This document shows, in pieces, positions 12,380 through 25,779 of a stretch of DNA of 51,332 bases. The stretch is taken from the NCBI GenBank assembly GCA_000934665.2, contig JYFJ02002787.1:1-51332 (forward strand), given 5' to 3'. The position numbers and the translations under genes are program-made. Under the pieces are notes generated by a model. That model saw only the letters and a program-made list of their open reading frames with translations. It made no database searches and was not told the DNA's origin. Position 1 is the first letter of the stretch; every line of letters starts with the position of its first letter. This DNA is from Catajapyx aquilonaris (lineage: Eukaryota).

Positions 12380-13493
12380 AACATTGTGAATAATAGCCTG
12401 TAAGTTCAGCTGGAAAGGGAACCTGGATTACAGAGGCTACAAGCGACTGCCTTCCCGCAGAAAGTGACAATGGCTGGGACGAGATGTCTTGGTCTGGTTG
12501 TCATGCCAGTTCCTGTTGGAGTGGAAAAATATTGGAAAACAAGAATAATAATATTGTTTCAAGACAGTTAGTGCTGGTAACATTTACCCCGATTTACCCA
12601 TTTTGCAATCAAGATAACAAAAGAACTGTGTATATGTTACAAGCTTGATTCGAAGTGGGACGTGGCCAAATAGCACGGTTGATTACTGAACTGATTATGT
12701 GAATGTTAACATTTGGGGATCATATGACAACAATATTATTTAATCACCAGGCAATCCTGTAAGCAAGGAGCGCTTCCTTCTGTTCTAATAAATTATAGTC
12801 ACCGAAGCAATAAAGTTAGTCTTACCGATCTCCTTATCCATATCGGTAACCTTCTCAAAAATCTCACATCTTTGATATTCCGCATCCATCTAGGAATCAA
12901 GTCATTGGGCGACATTATTACCATGCACTCCTCTCCAGGGTTGGAATGAAGACTTATTCTCTGAAAATAGTTGAAACATCTCTTACCTGTAATGCTATAC
13001 AAAATCTAGCCTGATTCACTCACACCCGTAAATGTCTGTTAGGTGTCTGAGTTGAAGGCATCATTGCGACGATAAAATTGCCATACAGAGACGATTCTAC
13101 TTGGGCCTCTCCTCAGTTATTTCCATGCATTAACCTTCTTCTAAGCCTCTCCCAGAAGCTAAAGTACCTACTGCCGTAGTTGCATGTATTTGATGAAAGA
13201 TGATCAGGTATTTTCTGTAAGCATACGCCTATGTTGCTCACCAATAGTATAAAATGTAAAGTATAAAATGCTGTGCTTCATTTCATTCCTACCAATTCCA
13301 GAAGACTCATTCTCTTCACCCGAGTTCTCAGTTTACTGAAATGCAATATTAATCATATACACGGTATGTTTGTCGTTATAATATTATAAAATAGTGTACT
13401 ATTTACTGGTGCTATTTCTAAATATTTATTTACTTTCTTCCATGAAGCCGGTAGGTATTGTTTCAATTGAAGAGATAAATATGAGAAACTTAC

Positions 13494-15598
13494 CTTATTT
13501 TTGCACCTACTCGTGCACCACCTGTAACACTGCAGTAGTATATTATCAGAATCATCATGGTCTTCGTCACTGCTCTGGTTATTGTTGTGTCCATCTGAAG
13601 TGAGACAACGCAGTGAAGTAGAAGTAGTTAGATACTCAAAATTCAGAATAACCAGAGTCACATTTGAGTCAAAATTGAGTAATCAACGAATGGTATTTTG
13701 TGACGGTCCAATAGTTTTCTGGCAAAAATCACAGCCTCCAGTAGAAGTTTGTGAAGGAAGAATCAGTCAAGGCGAGTAAGCTTAATTCACCTTCCCATTT
13801 TAAACTTGAAACCCTTCAAAAATCATTTATGACTCTGACCGTTCTTTAAACATTGCAGATCTTCATATCTCAGCGTCGTTATAAGGAAAACAATGCATTC
13901 TCATTTCATGAAAATAGTAATTTCGTAATTTTCTTACCTGTGTAGCCATCTCTCTTGTGACGTCTCTCCTGGAAAGAAATTCAATTTCTACACATCGTAA
14001 TGCTGTATCGTTTGATTTCACAGTGGTCTATCATTAGGGAGCATCATAGTCTTACATAGTCTTAAATATTGAACAGGTTTAAACAAAAAATGTGAAATTC
14101 GATTTATGAAATTAAACAACCAAAGATACAACTTGACTTCAGTGATTGATCAACTCATTACTAATAATGATGATGTAAAAAGTGCCTATAAAATGGCAAA
14201 ACTTTTCACTGACGTTGTGAGTTTTAATTTATAACATATATCTTTAAAAAAAAGCATTTGTAGCTAATAATAGAGGCGAAAATATCCATACCACAGTTTT
14301 TCTTCCTGTTGTCCCACTTTGATCAGTGGTCGACAACTTTGTCTTGTGCAGGGCCGATTGGGGTGTTTTTCGCGACTGAATACCTGCGGAAGAGTGGGCA
14401 GTGTAATTCTTATTTGGTACTGTACAACATTAAAATAGTGTGAAATAAAGATTTCGGTTGTAGTGGCTTACCATTCACTTGCTCCGCGTCGTCATCAGAA
14501 TCATCCAATTCATGGATCTTCTTGAATTTCCTGGGACGCATTTCATTTCGCATCACAACTATGCGCTTTTCTTTTCCTTTATTCGTGTGAAGGTCCTTCC
14601 ACTAAAAACAACTAGCAACTTGAGGAACTAAAATATTCTTAAAATATAATAAATTTTCTAGTTTCGCAGTGAAAAGAAGAAATAGCGTAGCGTTTCATCA
14701 GATATGGCTAAAGAGTGGCTTGATTGCAATGAATTGAAACAGTTGCATTGTTTCGCAAGAGAAATGTAATAATTATGTCATTAATCGGTGCTAATTTCGA
14801 TATGCATACACGTAGATCTGTTGCTGGTACATTTTATTATTATAATAATTTTACCGTTTTAATGTAGGACTTTCCGCTGCCCTTGGAAGGCCTTTCTTGC
14901 CCTGTTGAAACAAATGGAAATACGGTCATGAATTTGCGAATAATTCGTTTAAGTAGTTTACTTTGGGGGGAAAACTACAGCGTTTGCAGCTTGTCAGTTC
15001 GGTGTATCTTAAAAGTAATTAACTTATTAATATTTCTTACCTTCTTCGAAATGATGAAGGACCTTCCCCTTTTCCACAACCTTTTGACGGAATATCGTGA
15101 GTGAGCTGCTTGTGTCGGACGAAAGAGGAATCAATGTTTCCGAGCGTGGTGATGACGGACCAGGATGTTCGGATATGGCACTTATATTCAATGATTCATC
15201 GTCAATATTGATGTCAGAGTCACTTCCTGTAGTACCAACATAGAATGCGACAAATATTATTGTATAGCAATCAGTGAATACTAATGCTGCGGTCTGCACT
15301 CTATTAATCCTGATTGACAGACAATTTATTTAACCACCTTTGGGCCATGTAATAACAGACATCACTAATGTTTAATTGATATAATTGTTGCCAAAAACGA
15401 CCCGAAAAATTTTCTTTCATAATCTGGCTTGAGCATTTCATAACGGTAGCCTGCCTTTATGAAATGCTCAAGCCATATTATGAAAGACAATTTTTCGCGT
15501 CGTTTTTGGAAACAATTATTTGCATATGCTTTAAGATTTAAGATAGTAGGGGGATTATAATTATATTAATAATATCCTGCCATACCTTCGTCCGACAT
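13494..15598 (-). CDS. Orphan low-complexity, charged protein (~200 aa), 7 small exons; 3' part uncertain or degraded
   Basis: Exons 15598-15586 (MSDEG), 15226-15041, 14901-14855, 14601-14472, 14383-14292, 13968-13938 and 13594-13494 join open and in phase at canonical GT-AG sites. No recognisable domain. Confidence 0.5.
15381..15519. mobile_element. Fold-back MITE-like palindrome (~63-bp arms, short loop)
   Basis: ataattgttgccaaaaacgacccgaaaaattttctttcataatctggcttgagcatttcataa is followed by its near-exact reverse complement (about 4 mismatches). Confidence 0.75.
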
Positions 15599-16183
15599 AA
15601 TCCGCCGATATAACAAGTAGGAGTCTAGCAACGAATTTGGAGTAGGCCTATCTGACTATTCAACGATGTGGGAAATACTCGAACTACATCTGAAAGGGAA
15701 ATTTAGCCTCCAATAATGTAAATGTCATTTCCCTGGATACCTTCTACAACACGGTTGTCAGATTATCACTAGCCAATTGAAATCTTGTTGTGCTGAGTGT
15801 TCCAGCTACATCCATCTTTACACAATATAGGCTAATTTTTAAAAGCCATACATTTATGAGATAATATTACTTTTTATTGCCACCAGTTCATGTACTGTAC
15901 ATTATAATTACAATGTACTATAGTAACATAATAGCTGGCCGTGGTAAAACCTACTCTAAAATAAATTGTTCTGTACATAATCGGTGTACAATAGTTACAA
16001 GAGAAATTTACAATGACCACGCACAGTAGAAATATTAAATGAAATTCATGGGCAATAGACTATCACTACCTGATTGAGGTGAATAAAATGCTGCTTATTG
16101 TTATTTGGTTGAATTGAGACTGGATCTTACAAAACTCATCACGCAAAAATGAATAAAATTATTGGGTTAAATTGCACATCCTT

Positions 16184-19100
16184 CTACTGATTGGAGGACT
16201 TTGTTCTCCTGGAGATCTGCATCCGGAGTCCATTTTTCGGGCGCAGAATTAAGTCTCCAAGGTGAATAATATCTTCTCGGCGGTCTAGCGCCTTGATGCG
16301 GTAGTTGCGCAGAAACGTCGACAGAAGTACTTTTTCTTCCATCAGTGCAAACCTTTGACCTGAAATAATATACTGTCAGTCCATCAAAGGCGCATTACTC
16401 AGTCAAACAAATTTTCATAAAATAATCCACTATTTTCTATCCTTAAAAACCATTCACCAATCCAGGTGGTCATCATCTAATGGAGAAATTATTTCCCCCC
16501 GCGAAACATCCCGATTATTGTTTACTGCTATCTTGCCCTCAACATCAGCCATACCTATGCAATTTCTTGGTCCAGCACTAAACGGGATGTAAGCGTACGG
16601 ATGTCGACGTTGAACTCTGTCCGGAAGGAAGTTGTCCGGTTGGAAATGATCCGGTTTAGGAAACACGTTTGGGTCCCGGTGAAGGAGGTACGGCAGGACA
16701 ATCAATGTGGCCCCAGAAGGAATCACGGTATCTCCTAATATTAACGAGTGGGTCTTCATGATATAAAAAAGAAAGAGTGTACGAAATAAATATTATAGTT
16801 CCCTTGAACTTGCCAATTTTTGTGTCCTGTTTGATGGACCTGCCAATTGCAGGGACGCTGGGATACAGTCTGAGGGTTTCTTTAAGGCACATTTCCAGGT
16901 ACTTCATTTTGGTCAGATCAGCAGATGTGGCAGGGCGGTCAGACTCACCAAATATCTCCTCCAGTTCTTCGTACGCTTTGTCCTGTGCAATGTTAGGATT
17001 GCGTTATGGGATAATAATGGCTTGCATGACCATATTTTATATTCTTCTTCTTGAAGAGTTGAAGCAGTGGGAAGAGGTTTATAGGGACTCACCTGATACT
17101 CTTGATGACATCCCAGCAGAAGCAAGCACCAGCAAAGGGCCATAGCGGTTGTGTCATGACCCTGTCCCACAATCATCATGTTAGTGATAAAATATGAATA
17201 TCATGCCATAAACTGACTATAGTATGTGAAATGTACAAGTGAACCATATGGATGGAGATAGGAGAACTAATTACGACTTATTTTGCAGCAGCAAGCAATG
17301 CTGACTGTTGTATAGTACCAGAGTGGCGTAGGTCGAAACCTTTCTGAAATCTAGTACATAAATGCATCTAGAAAAATATTCAGGATGTAACACAGCGTAC
17401 CTCAAACATGAAAGTATCCACTTCCTCGCATATATCCTTCTCTGTAAATTGGCTGTCATTCTGGGCAGTTTCTATTAGCAGATCCAAGAATGCCAGGCGA
17501 CGCTTCTTACGACCTGAAACATGTCTTACATTAGTACCAATTATAACCTGGAGTAATTTGTAGATTGATGAAATTAACCGGATATGTAGATGTCATCATC
17601 AAGGTTTTTGTCCTCTACGCCAATGGTTTCTTTGGCTTTGTACTCTCTCATCCTATCTTGTACCACCTGAACGAAGATAAATAACAATAATTAGAATGCT
17701 CGAACTACTGATATTGGAGAAAATGCTGACGGATACGTCATTTCGACTGAATCCACATGATGAAGTGTAAATGAATCATTGAATCAGTATCTGAATTAGT
17801 GAATCACTTTTGGACCAGGCATTCAACAAATGCGGCACAAATTTTTCAAATATGGTATGTTTTACCCCTCAGAATAATAATTATAGTATACTTGTTTCAT
17901 ACTCTGCTGCTAAATCCGTGTAGTGTCTTCAGGCAAGACCGATGTTCCCTGCCCGATGAGGTCAGAGCATAAATCCAGTCTGGATGAATCCATGGACGAG
18001 CTTGACGATGCTGAATCAATTCGCTGATTCTGTCGCGAAACACAATCAGCCTGCTTGTTTACAACTGAAGTAATGAGGAATATTACCTGGAAATTGCTTT
18101 GACGTAATCTGAATCGCTGTGGGCTTGAGCATTTACGGTTGTTCCCATGGCAGTTTCTGAAAGATTAATGAGTTTGATATGTGGGAAATTAAAATTATAA
18201 AATGGAAAGTTGTACCACAGATTATATCTAGAGTGCACAGGGTGGCATAAGGAACAATGTCGAATTCTGGCTTTCCAATTTCTTTAGCAAGATTCTGAAC
18301 CATCACTCGGCTTTGTTCGTTGAAGACATCCATGAAATCTTCTAGAATTTGGAAATGAAACGCAGGAGTTAACATCTTTCTTCTCTGAAACCACTTCGAT
18401 CCTGTAATTAGTTAATGCCGCGTGTTACAAACATATTAGTCAAAAGTGCTCTTCATACTACCATTGGACCAAATAAACTTACCTGTGCTGGTCAGCAACC
18501 CTTGACCAAGCCAAGGATGTAAGAATCTATAGTCCACACTCTTCTCAATAAATTCCTTACTGCTCATTACAGTCTGGAAAATTACCAAAGATTTTACAGC
18601 TTTTAAAATGTACACTATAACCTTCAATTTGTTAGAATCTTCAAATTAGATTTATACGTATGGTACGTGTGTACATAATAAACAAAATGCACCTGCCATT
18701 ATGACACTCTGTTGATTTTTGGGAACAGAACTTCTAAACGTTATTGTTAAACGACTTATTTTTAAAACATGGAAATATTTTTCTGATTAATCAAAAAATA
18801 GTGTACTCACTTCTACTAATTCTGGGGTAAGTAGGCCTACAAAGAGTCGGTGTCCAATTTGGAGTCCTCCAATTTTATAGCGATGAATGCCACACATTAT
18901 GAGGCAGAAAACTCTGTAGAACACTTCTGTTCAAATCAATGACAATAAATTGCGCACATTACTACTTCAGAACAATATCTACACTTGAGGAGGGACAAAA
19001 ATACTGTACCGTCAGTGTCAACGTTGATTACGGAAGGAATGGATGACAACAGCGGAAGTCCGATTGGTCTGGGGATTTTCATCGACATCTTGTATTTGGT

Positions 19101-19202
19101 CGTGTGAGAATACAGGTAGAAAAATATCCATACTAGTGCGAATATTAAAGTGCATAAAACCGCACCAAAACACAAGTAATTACTGCAAATGAGCACAGTC
19201 AT
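16184..19202 (-). CDS. Cytochrome P450, CYP4 clan (CYP4C/4V-like), copy 1, ~12 exons
   Basis: N-terminal TM anchor, [44 protein letters not shown], heme motif [15 protein letters not shown]. Stop TAG at 16186-16184. Confidence 0.92.
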
Positions 19203-19574
19203 TTTTCAGCAGTGTCGACTTCTCAAACCTCGGTGTCTGAATGCAAGTAGGCCTATCTGAAGGTTACAATCAGAAGAGGTCATGCGTGTCGATTACACTT
19301 GACCCTGCCGGTCGGAAGGTCATCGGTAGGCTGTGTTTTTGCTTACAAAACGTAAATAGTACAGTGCATCCGTGTCCTTGAATCTGATAACATAACTGGA
19401 GTGTAACTATTCTCCTCATTAAGCTGTAAGAGTATTGTAGGCCAAAAAATAATATGATATTTTAAATTAGCAATTCCATGTTGTCAAAGCCAGGTTCGTT
19501 TAAATAGACGACACTGCTTTATATACTTAGGTAAGACAATATTTATTAATAGGACTAAATTGCACATCCTTCTA

Positions 19575-22445
19575 CTAATTGGAGGACTTTGTTCTCCTGG
19601 AGATCTGCATCCGGAGTCCATTTTTCGGGCGCAGAATTAGGTCTCCTAGTTGAATAATATCTTCTCGGCGGTCTAGCGCCTTGATGCGGTAGTTGCGCAG
19701 AAACGTCGACAGAAGTACCTTTTCTTCCATCAGTGCAAACCTTTGACCTGAAATAATATACTTTCAGTCCACCAAAGGCATTGCTCAGTCAAACAAATTT
19801 TTATAAATCCACTATTTTCTATCCTTATAAATCATTCACCAATCAAGGTGGTCATCATCTAATGGAGGAATTATTATTTTCCCCCGCGAAACATCCCGAT
19901 TCTTGCCCTCAACATCAGCCATAGTACTTACCTATGCAATTTCTTGGTCCAGCACTAAACGGGATGTACGCGTACGGATGTCGACGTTGGACTCTGTCCG
20001 GAAGGAAGTTGTCCGGTTGGAAATGTTCCGGATTAGGAAATACGTTTGCATCTCGGTGAAGGAGGTACGGCAGGATAGCCAATGTGGTCCCAGAAGGAAT
20101 CACGGTGTCTCCTAATGATCAAAGACGCTTCAGAATATTCCAAAAAACCAAATTAATATTATTTGGTCTGTAGTACACTTGACTTACCAATTTTCGTGTC
20201 CTGTTTGATGGACCTGCCAATTGCAGGGACGCTGGGATACAGTCTGAGGGCCTCTTTCAGGCACATTTCAAGATACTTCATTTTGGTCAGATCAGCAGAT
20301 GTGGCAGGGCGGTCAGACTCACCAAATATCTCCTCCAGTTCTTCGTACGCTTTGTCCTGTGCAATGTTAGGATTGTGTTACAGATGGCTTACATGAACAC
20401 ATGTTATATCCTTTAGTTGAAGGGTTGAAGCACTGAAGGGAGGTTAATAGGGACTCACCTGATACTCTTGGTGACATCCCAGCAGAAGCAAGCACCAGCA
20501 AAGGGCCATAGCGGTTGTGTCATGACCCTGTCCCACAATCATCATGTTAGTGATAAAATATGAATATCATGCCATAAACTGACTATAGTATGTGCAATTT
20601 CCAAATGCACTCTGTTACCTACCTCAAACATGAAAGTATCTACTTCCTCGCATATATCCTTCTCTGTAAATTGGCTGTCATTCTGGGCAGCTTCTATTAG
20701 CAGATCCAAGAATGCCAGGCGACGCTTCTTACGACCTGAAACAGGTTTTACATTAGTACCAATTATTAATAATTAGTTATGAACTTTACCAGATATGTAG
20801 ATGTCATCTTCATTGTTTTTGTCGTCTGCCCCAACGGTCTCTTTGGTTTTGTATTCTCTAATTCGATCTTGCACAACCTGAACGGATATAAATAACAATA
20901 ATAATAGAGTGCTCAAACTACTCAAATAAATGAAAATAAGCTGACGAATATGCTATTTCGACTGAATACATAATTATATGAAATCTAAACACAAATCATT
21001 GAATCAGTCTGAAATAGTGAATCACTTTTGAATCAGGTGGTTTTTCAATAATTGTTCACAATTTTTCAAATGGCGTAAATTGCCCCTCAGAATAGTACAC
21101 TTATGTCATACTCTGCCGCTCAATCCGTGTAGTGTCTTCAGGCACTTCCGATGTTCCCTGCCCGATGAAGTCAGAGCATAAATCCAGTCTGGATGAATCC
21201 ATGGACGAGCTTGACGATGCTGAATCAATTCGCTGATTCTGTCGCGAAACGCAATCAGCAGTCGTTTACAACTGAAGTAATGAGGAATATTACCTGGAAA
21301 TTGCTTTGACGTAATCGGAATCGCTGTGGGCTTGAGCATTTATGGTTGTTCCCATGGCAGTTTCTGAAAGATTAATGAGTTTGATATGTGGGAAATTAAA
21401 ATTATAAAATGGAAAGTTGTACCACAGATTATATCTAGAGTGCACAGGGTGGCATAAGGAACAATGTCGAATTCTGGCTTTCCAATTTCTTTAGCAAGAT
21501 TCTGAACCATCACTCGGCTTTGTTCGTTGAAGACATCCATGAAATCTTCTAGAATTTGGAAATGAAACGCAGGAGTTAACATCTTTCTTCTCTGAAACCA
21601 TTTCGATCCTGTAATAATTAATGCCGGGTGTTACAAACATATTAGTCAACAGTGATCTTCATACTATCATAGGACCAAACTTACCAGTGCTTGTTAGCAA
21701 CCCTTGACCAAGCCAAGGATGTAAGAATCTATAGTCCACACTCTTTTCAATAAATTCTTTACTGCTCATTATAGTCTGAAAAAATTGCCCAATGATTAGG
21801 TTTACATGGAAGGTTTTTACATCATTTAAAATGTAACCTATAGCCTAGAATTTTGAAAAATCTGCAAAGTAAGAATGCCTCAATTAACACGGTGCATGTG
21901 CATGTGTACAAAAGAATCAAAATGTAAGTATGCAGGTATGCGGCTATACTGATTTTTGGGGATTAGAACTTCTAAGATTAAACGCCACTTATTTTTGAAA
22001 CGCAGTAATATTTTGATGATATATATTTCAAAATAGTGTACTTACTTCCACCAGTTCCGGACTATTTATGCCTACAAAGAGTCGGTGTCCAATTTGGAGT
22101 CCTCCAATTTTGTGACGATGAATGCCACACATTACGAGGCAAAAACCTCTCAAGAATGCTTCTGCTCAAACCAATGACAATAATTGCATGACTGTGTTAC
22201 TATACTGCAGAACAATATCTATACTTAAAGAGAGAGAAAAATACTGTACCATCAGTATCAACGTTGATTATGTAAGGAATGGCTGACAATAGCGGAAGTC
22301 CGATTGGTCTAGGAATTTTCCTCGACATCCAGTATTTGGCCGTGTGAAAATACAAGTAGAAAAATATCCATACTAGTGCAAAAATGAACGTGGATAAAAC
22401 CGCACCAAAACACAAGTAATTACTGCAAATGCTCGCGGCAATCAT
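19575..22445 (-). CDS. Cytochrome P450, CYP4 clan, copy 2 (tandem duplicate)
   Basis: Same exon structure and motifs as copy 1 ([15 protein letters not shown]). Start [14 protein letters not shown], stop at 19577-19575. Confidence 0.92.
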
Positions 22446-23121
22446 TTTGTAGCAGTGTCGACTTCTCAGAACTTGGTGTCTGAATGGAAGTATATCAATG
22501 TTACAATCAGAATAGGTCATGAGTGGCTATTGCGCTAGTGATGACTCTGCCTGTCGGAAGGTCATCGCTCCGTTATCGCACTGTTACTAGGCTGTCTTTT
22601 TGCTCACAAAATATGTGCAGTACATCCGGCACCTTGAATTTGATAACAGAACAGTGAGTGTTCATTTGCCAGTTATAAGAGTATTTTAGCCAAAATTTAA
22701 TCTTTTAAATCAGCAATATGATAGTGTATCCTCATCACCATTGTGACTGCTGTATTAGTAACCAGTTACAAAAATAATGGTGGTGTCATTATTTGCTGAT
22801 AACTCGCCAAACTATTTCATCAGTAGGGGTTTGCCTCCATGGCGCCTCAATTACTCATAGTCAGTAACGTCTCCCTTGTCAGATAGGTACTGATATCACC
22901 AAAAAAAAACTTATAAACCTGGATCCACATCAGTCAACAGATAGGCCCAACCAACAGTGGCATTCCATAAACCGATTAGTTCATCTCCAGGTGGGGCACC
23001 TTTCCTTATACGAATCACAACAGGGCAGATGGTTACACGGACGTTGATCTAGCCTTATCGGAATCGACTGACACGACCGTTAATTTTTCCGGGTCATTCT
23101 GTCTCATTCCGTGCAACGAAG

Positions 23122-23739
23122 ATGTCCTCATCAGGAAGGCTCGGGAACGGTCAGTCCTGCAACGGAGTTATCCGGAAGAAGCTGGTGATTGTTGGAGACG
23201 GAGCTTGTGGCAAGACCTGTCTGCTCATAGTGTTCAGCAAGGACGAATTTCTGGATAAGTACATTCCCACAGTGTTCGAGACCTACGTGGCAGCCATCGA
23301 AGTGGACCGGAAACATGTGGATCTAGCCCTTTGGGACACTGCTGGACAAGAAGACTACGACAGACTCAGGCCACTCTCGTACCCGGACACGAACGTCATC
23401 TTGATCTGCTTCTCCATAGACTCACCCGACTCTCTGGAGAATGTCATGGAGAAGTGGCGTCCGGAGGTGAAGCACTTTTGTCCCAGCGTGCCTATTGTAC
23501 TGGTGGGCAGCAAGAAGGACCTGAGGAACGACCCGGAGAAGATCAGGGAGCTGGCCATGATGAAGCAGAAGCCGGTCAGGTACGAGGAAGGAAGGGCCAT
23601 GGCGGAGAGGATCGGCGCTTTTGCCTATGTGGAGTGCTCCTCCAAGACAAAGGAAGGGGTGAGAGAGGTGTTCGAAACGGCCGTCAGAGCGACGCTGCAG
23701 GTCAAGAAGAGAAGGAACAATATGTGTGTCCTTTTGTAA
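23122..23739 (+). CDS. RhoA/Rho1-subfamily small GTPase, intronless CDS
   Basis: [32 protein letters not shown], Rho insert, polybasic tail and CAAX box CVLL. Confidence 0.95.
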   Translation: MSSSGRLGNGQSCNGVIRKKLVIVGDGACGKTCLLIVFSKDEFLDKYIPTVFETYVAAIEVDRKHVDLALWDTAGQEDYDRLRPLSYPDTNVILICFSIDSPDSLENVMEKWRPEVKHFCPSVPIVLVGSKKDLRNDPEKIRELAMMKQKPVRYEEGRAMAERIGAFAYVECSSKTKEGVREVFETAVRATLQVKKRRNNMCVLL

Positions 23740-24920
23740 ACTCAATGGTGGTAGAGAGTACGCTCTCACAGGTACTGTACCTGCATATGATGCATACTAC
23801 CTGGTTTAGTTTGCTCTATATAAAATTTGACAGCTTTAAATGTGACTGGGTATGGTACATGTAATTTATACCAAAGTAAACATTTATGGAAAATGTGAGT
23901 AAAATATTTTAAAAACACCACGCCAATATTGGGATGTGCACACAACTGTTGAAAAGAGCTCATTTGTACTAACTTGAGTTCTTTTTGTATTTTTCAATCA
24001 GTTGGCCTAATACATTATGTAAATAAAGTTAGCATCTTGAAATTGCCATAAGTGTCGTTATCATTTTCCCAATCTTCTGTCAAATCATATCAAACATCTC
24101 TCCTTTTATTTTTTTATTGGTGCTGAATCCAATAAACCCTGAGGATAGACATGAGATAAAAGAATGATTTCAATGCTGTAAACGAAAATACCAGGAGAGC
24201 ATAATATATTATACGCACGTAGAGCCATTAGAATTATATACTGATTGTCTCTTATTGTATGGCATGACAACATTCAGTTGCAGAATATTTAGAAAGAAAT
24301 ATATAATATTAAATCAAAAAATAATGGGCGAGCACTTCATGCATAATTATTACCTAACCTTGTGCAGGAGTGCTTCATCAGTGTGTGCGACTAAAGTACT
24401 GTTGGGGGCCTCTATTTTTATCAGAAAATGGCGTCGAGATTGTGGTGATAATTAACGAGTACAATTCCTGAAGTGAGACACACCTAGAGGGCCCCCTCTT
24501 CCACACCATCATTCCTCGTGTAATTCCATTCGCAGATTAAGTTGGCAGCACTGTCGCTCTTGCTGCAGGCATGTGCAGTGTATGCTTGGAGACAATATCA
24601 CGTGTCATCAGTAATCCTTTCTACACAGAGCCCACTACGTCCTTTGTTTGGTATCGGACTAACAACATTGGCGACACAATCCTCATTGACTATCAGCAGT
24701 GGAAGGATTTACCTTTTGTAAGTATTGACTTTTGAAGGTGTGAATCATAGAAGGTGTGCTACTGTACTACATCAATATGTAGCTGCATATATAGGAAGTA
24801 GTACAGTAGCCTATTAGGCAGTGACCAACCTGCACTGATTGTTTGCAATCAGTATAAAGTAATTTGCCTAAAATTGTTTCTAAGTGTTTTGTCCAATATT
24901 TTGACTGTAGTGTTTCAGAT

Positions 24921-25499
24921 ATGATCCAAAAGAAGCTGGTCATCGTGGGGGACGGCGCTTGCGGAAAGACTTGTCTGCTGTTGGTGTTGAAAAATGGGGA
25001 ATTCGACGAAAATTACGTGCCAACAGTCTTCGAAACCGACAGCGTCAGGATTGCTGTCGATGACAAGCTAGTGGACATGATCCTCTGGGACACAGCAGGA
25101 CAGGAGGACTACGATCGACTGAGACCCCTGTCGTACCCAAACAGCGATGTAGTCGTCATGTGCTTCTCCATAGCATATCCACCTTCGCTGGCAAACATCA
25201 CCCACCTCTGGGTTCCAGAGATCAAACATTTCTGTCCAAACGCTCCAATTGTTCTTGTAGGAAACAAGAAAGACCTGAGGAATGACCCCGAAACATTGAA
25301 CCAGCTTTCTAAGTTGAATCAGCAACCGGTGACATATGAGGAAGGCATGAGAGTGGCCAGGGCCATCAAGGCTCACGCGTATGTGGAAAGCTCGGCAAAG
25401 ACAAAGGAAGGTGTGGACACAGTGTTTGATGTCTCCACCAGGGCTGCCCTGTCTATGAAGAGGAGATCGACTCGTAAGAACAAGTGCGTCCTCTTGTAG
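24921..25499 (+). CDS. Second, more divergent RhoA-like GTPase, intronless CDS (192 aa)
   Basis: ATG at 24921 just after an acceptor (ttcag ending 24918), with a probable 5' UTR intron from the donor at 24718. [21 protein letters not shown] and CAAX CVLL. Confidence 0.9.
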   Translation: MIQKKLVIVGDGACGKTCLLLVLKNGEFDENYVPTVFETDSVRIAVDDKLVDMILWDTAGQEDYDRLRPLSYPNSDVVVMCFSIAYPPSLANITHLWVPEIKHFCPNAPIVLVGNKKDLRNDPETLNQLSKLNQQPVTYEEGMRVARAIKAHAYVESSAKTKEGVDTVFDVSTRAALSMKRRSTRKNKCVLL

Positions 25500-25717
25500 T
25501 GTGTTGCTCTTTAAGAGGATGAAAATAATGTTAAACTAAATCTTGTCAATGTGCTTGTAATAAAATTGCTTAATGCATGTACGGTACTTGTTTTTATACC
25601 TGATATCTGCTACAGAAATTGTTATTTCCGTTCTCCTGCAATTGGAATCATTCGCCTCCAGCTCCATCTTGGGTGGGATTTCAGGTAGACTGACCACCCG
25701 GGGGCCTGTACCTGAAA

Positions 25718-25778
<61 letters not shown>
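25718..25778 (+). repeat. (CTA)n microsatellite
   Basis: Direct reading. It explains the poly-L and poly-S ORFs. Confidence 0.95.

Positions 25779-25779
<1 letters not shown>

Noticed and set aside
13700..13885. Weak resemblance to a Ulp1/SENP protease start (LRYEDLQCL..NFYWRL) on the - strand
   Set aside because: Needs frameshifts, lacks a valid acceptor, and shows no His/Asp/Cys catalytic motifs.
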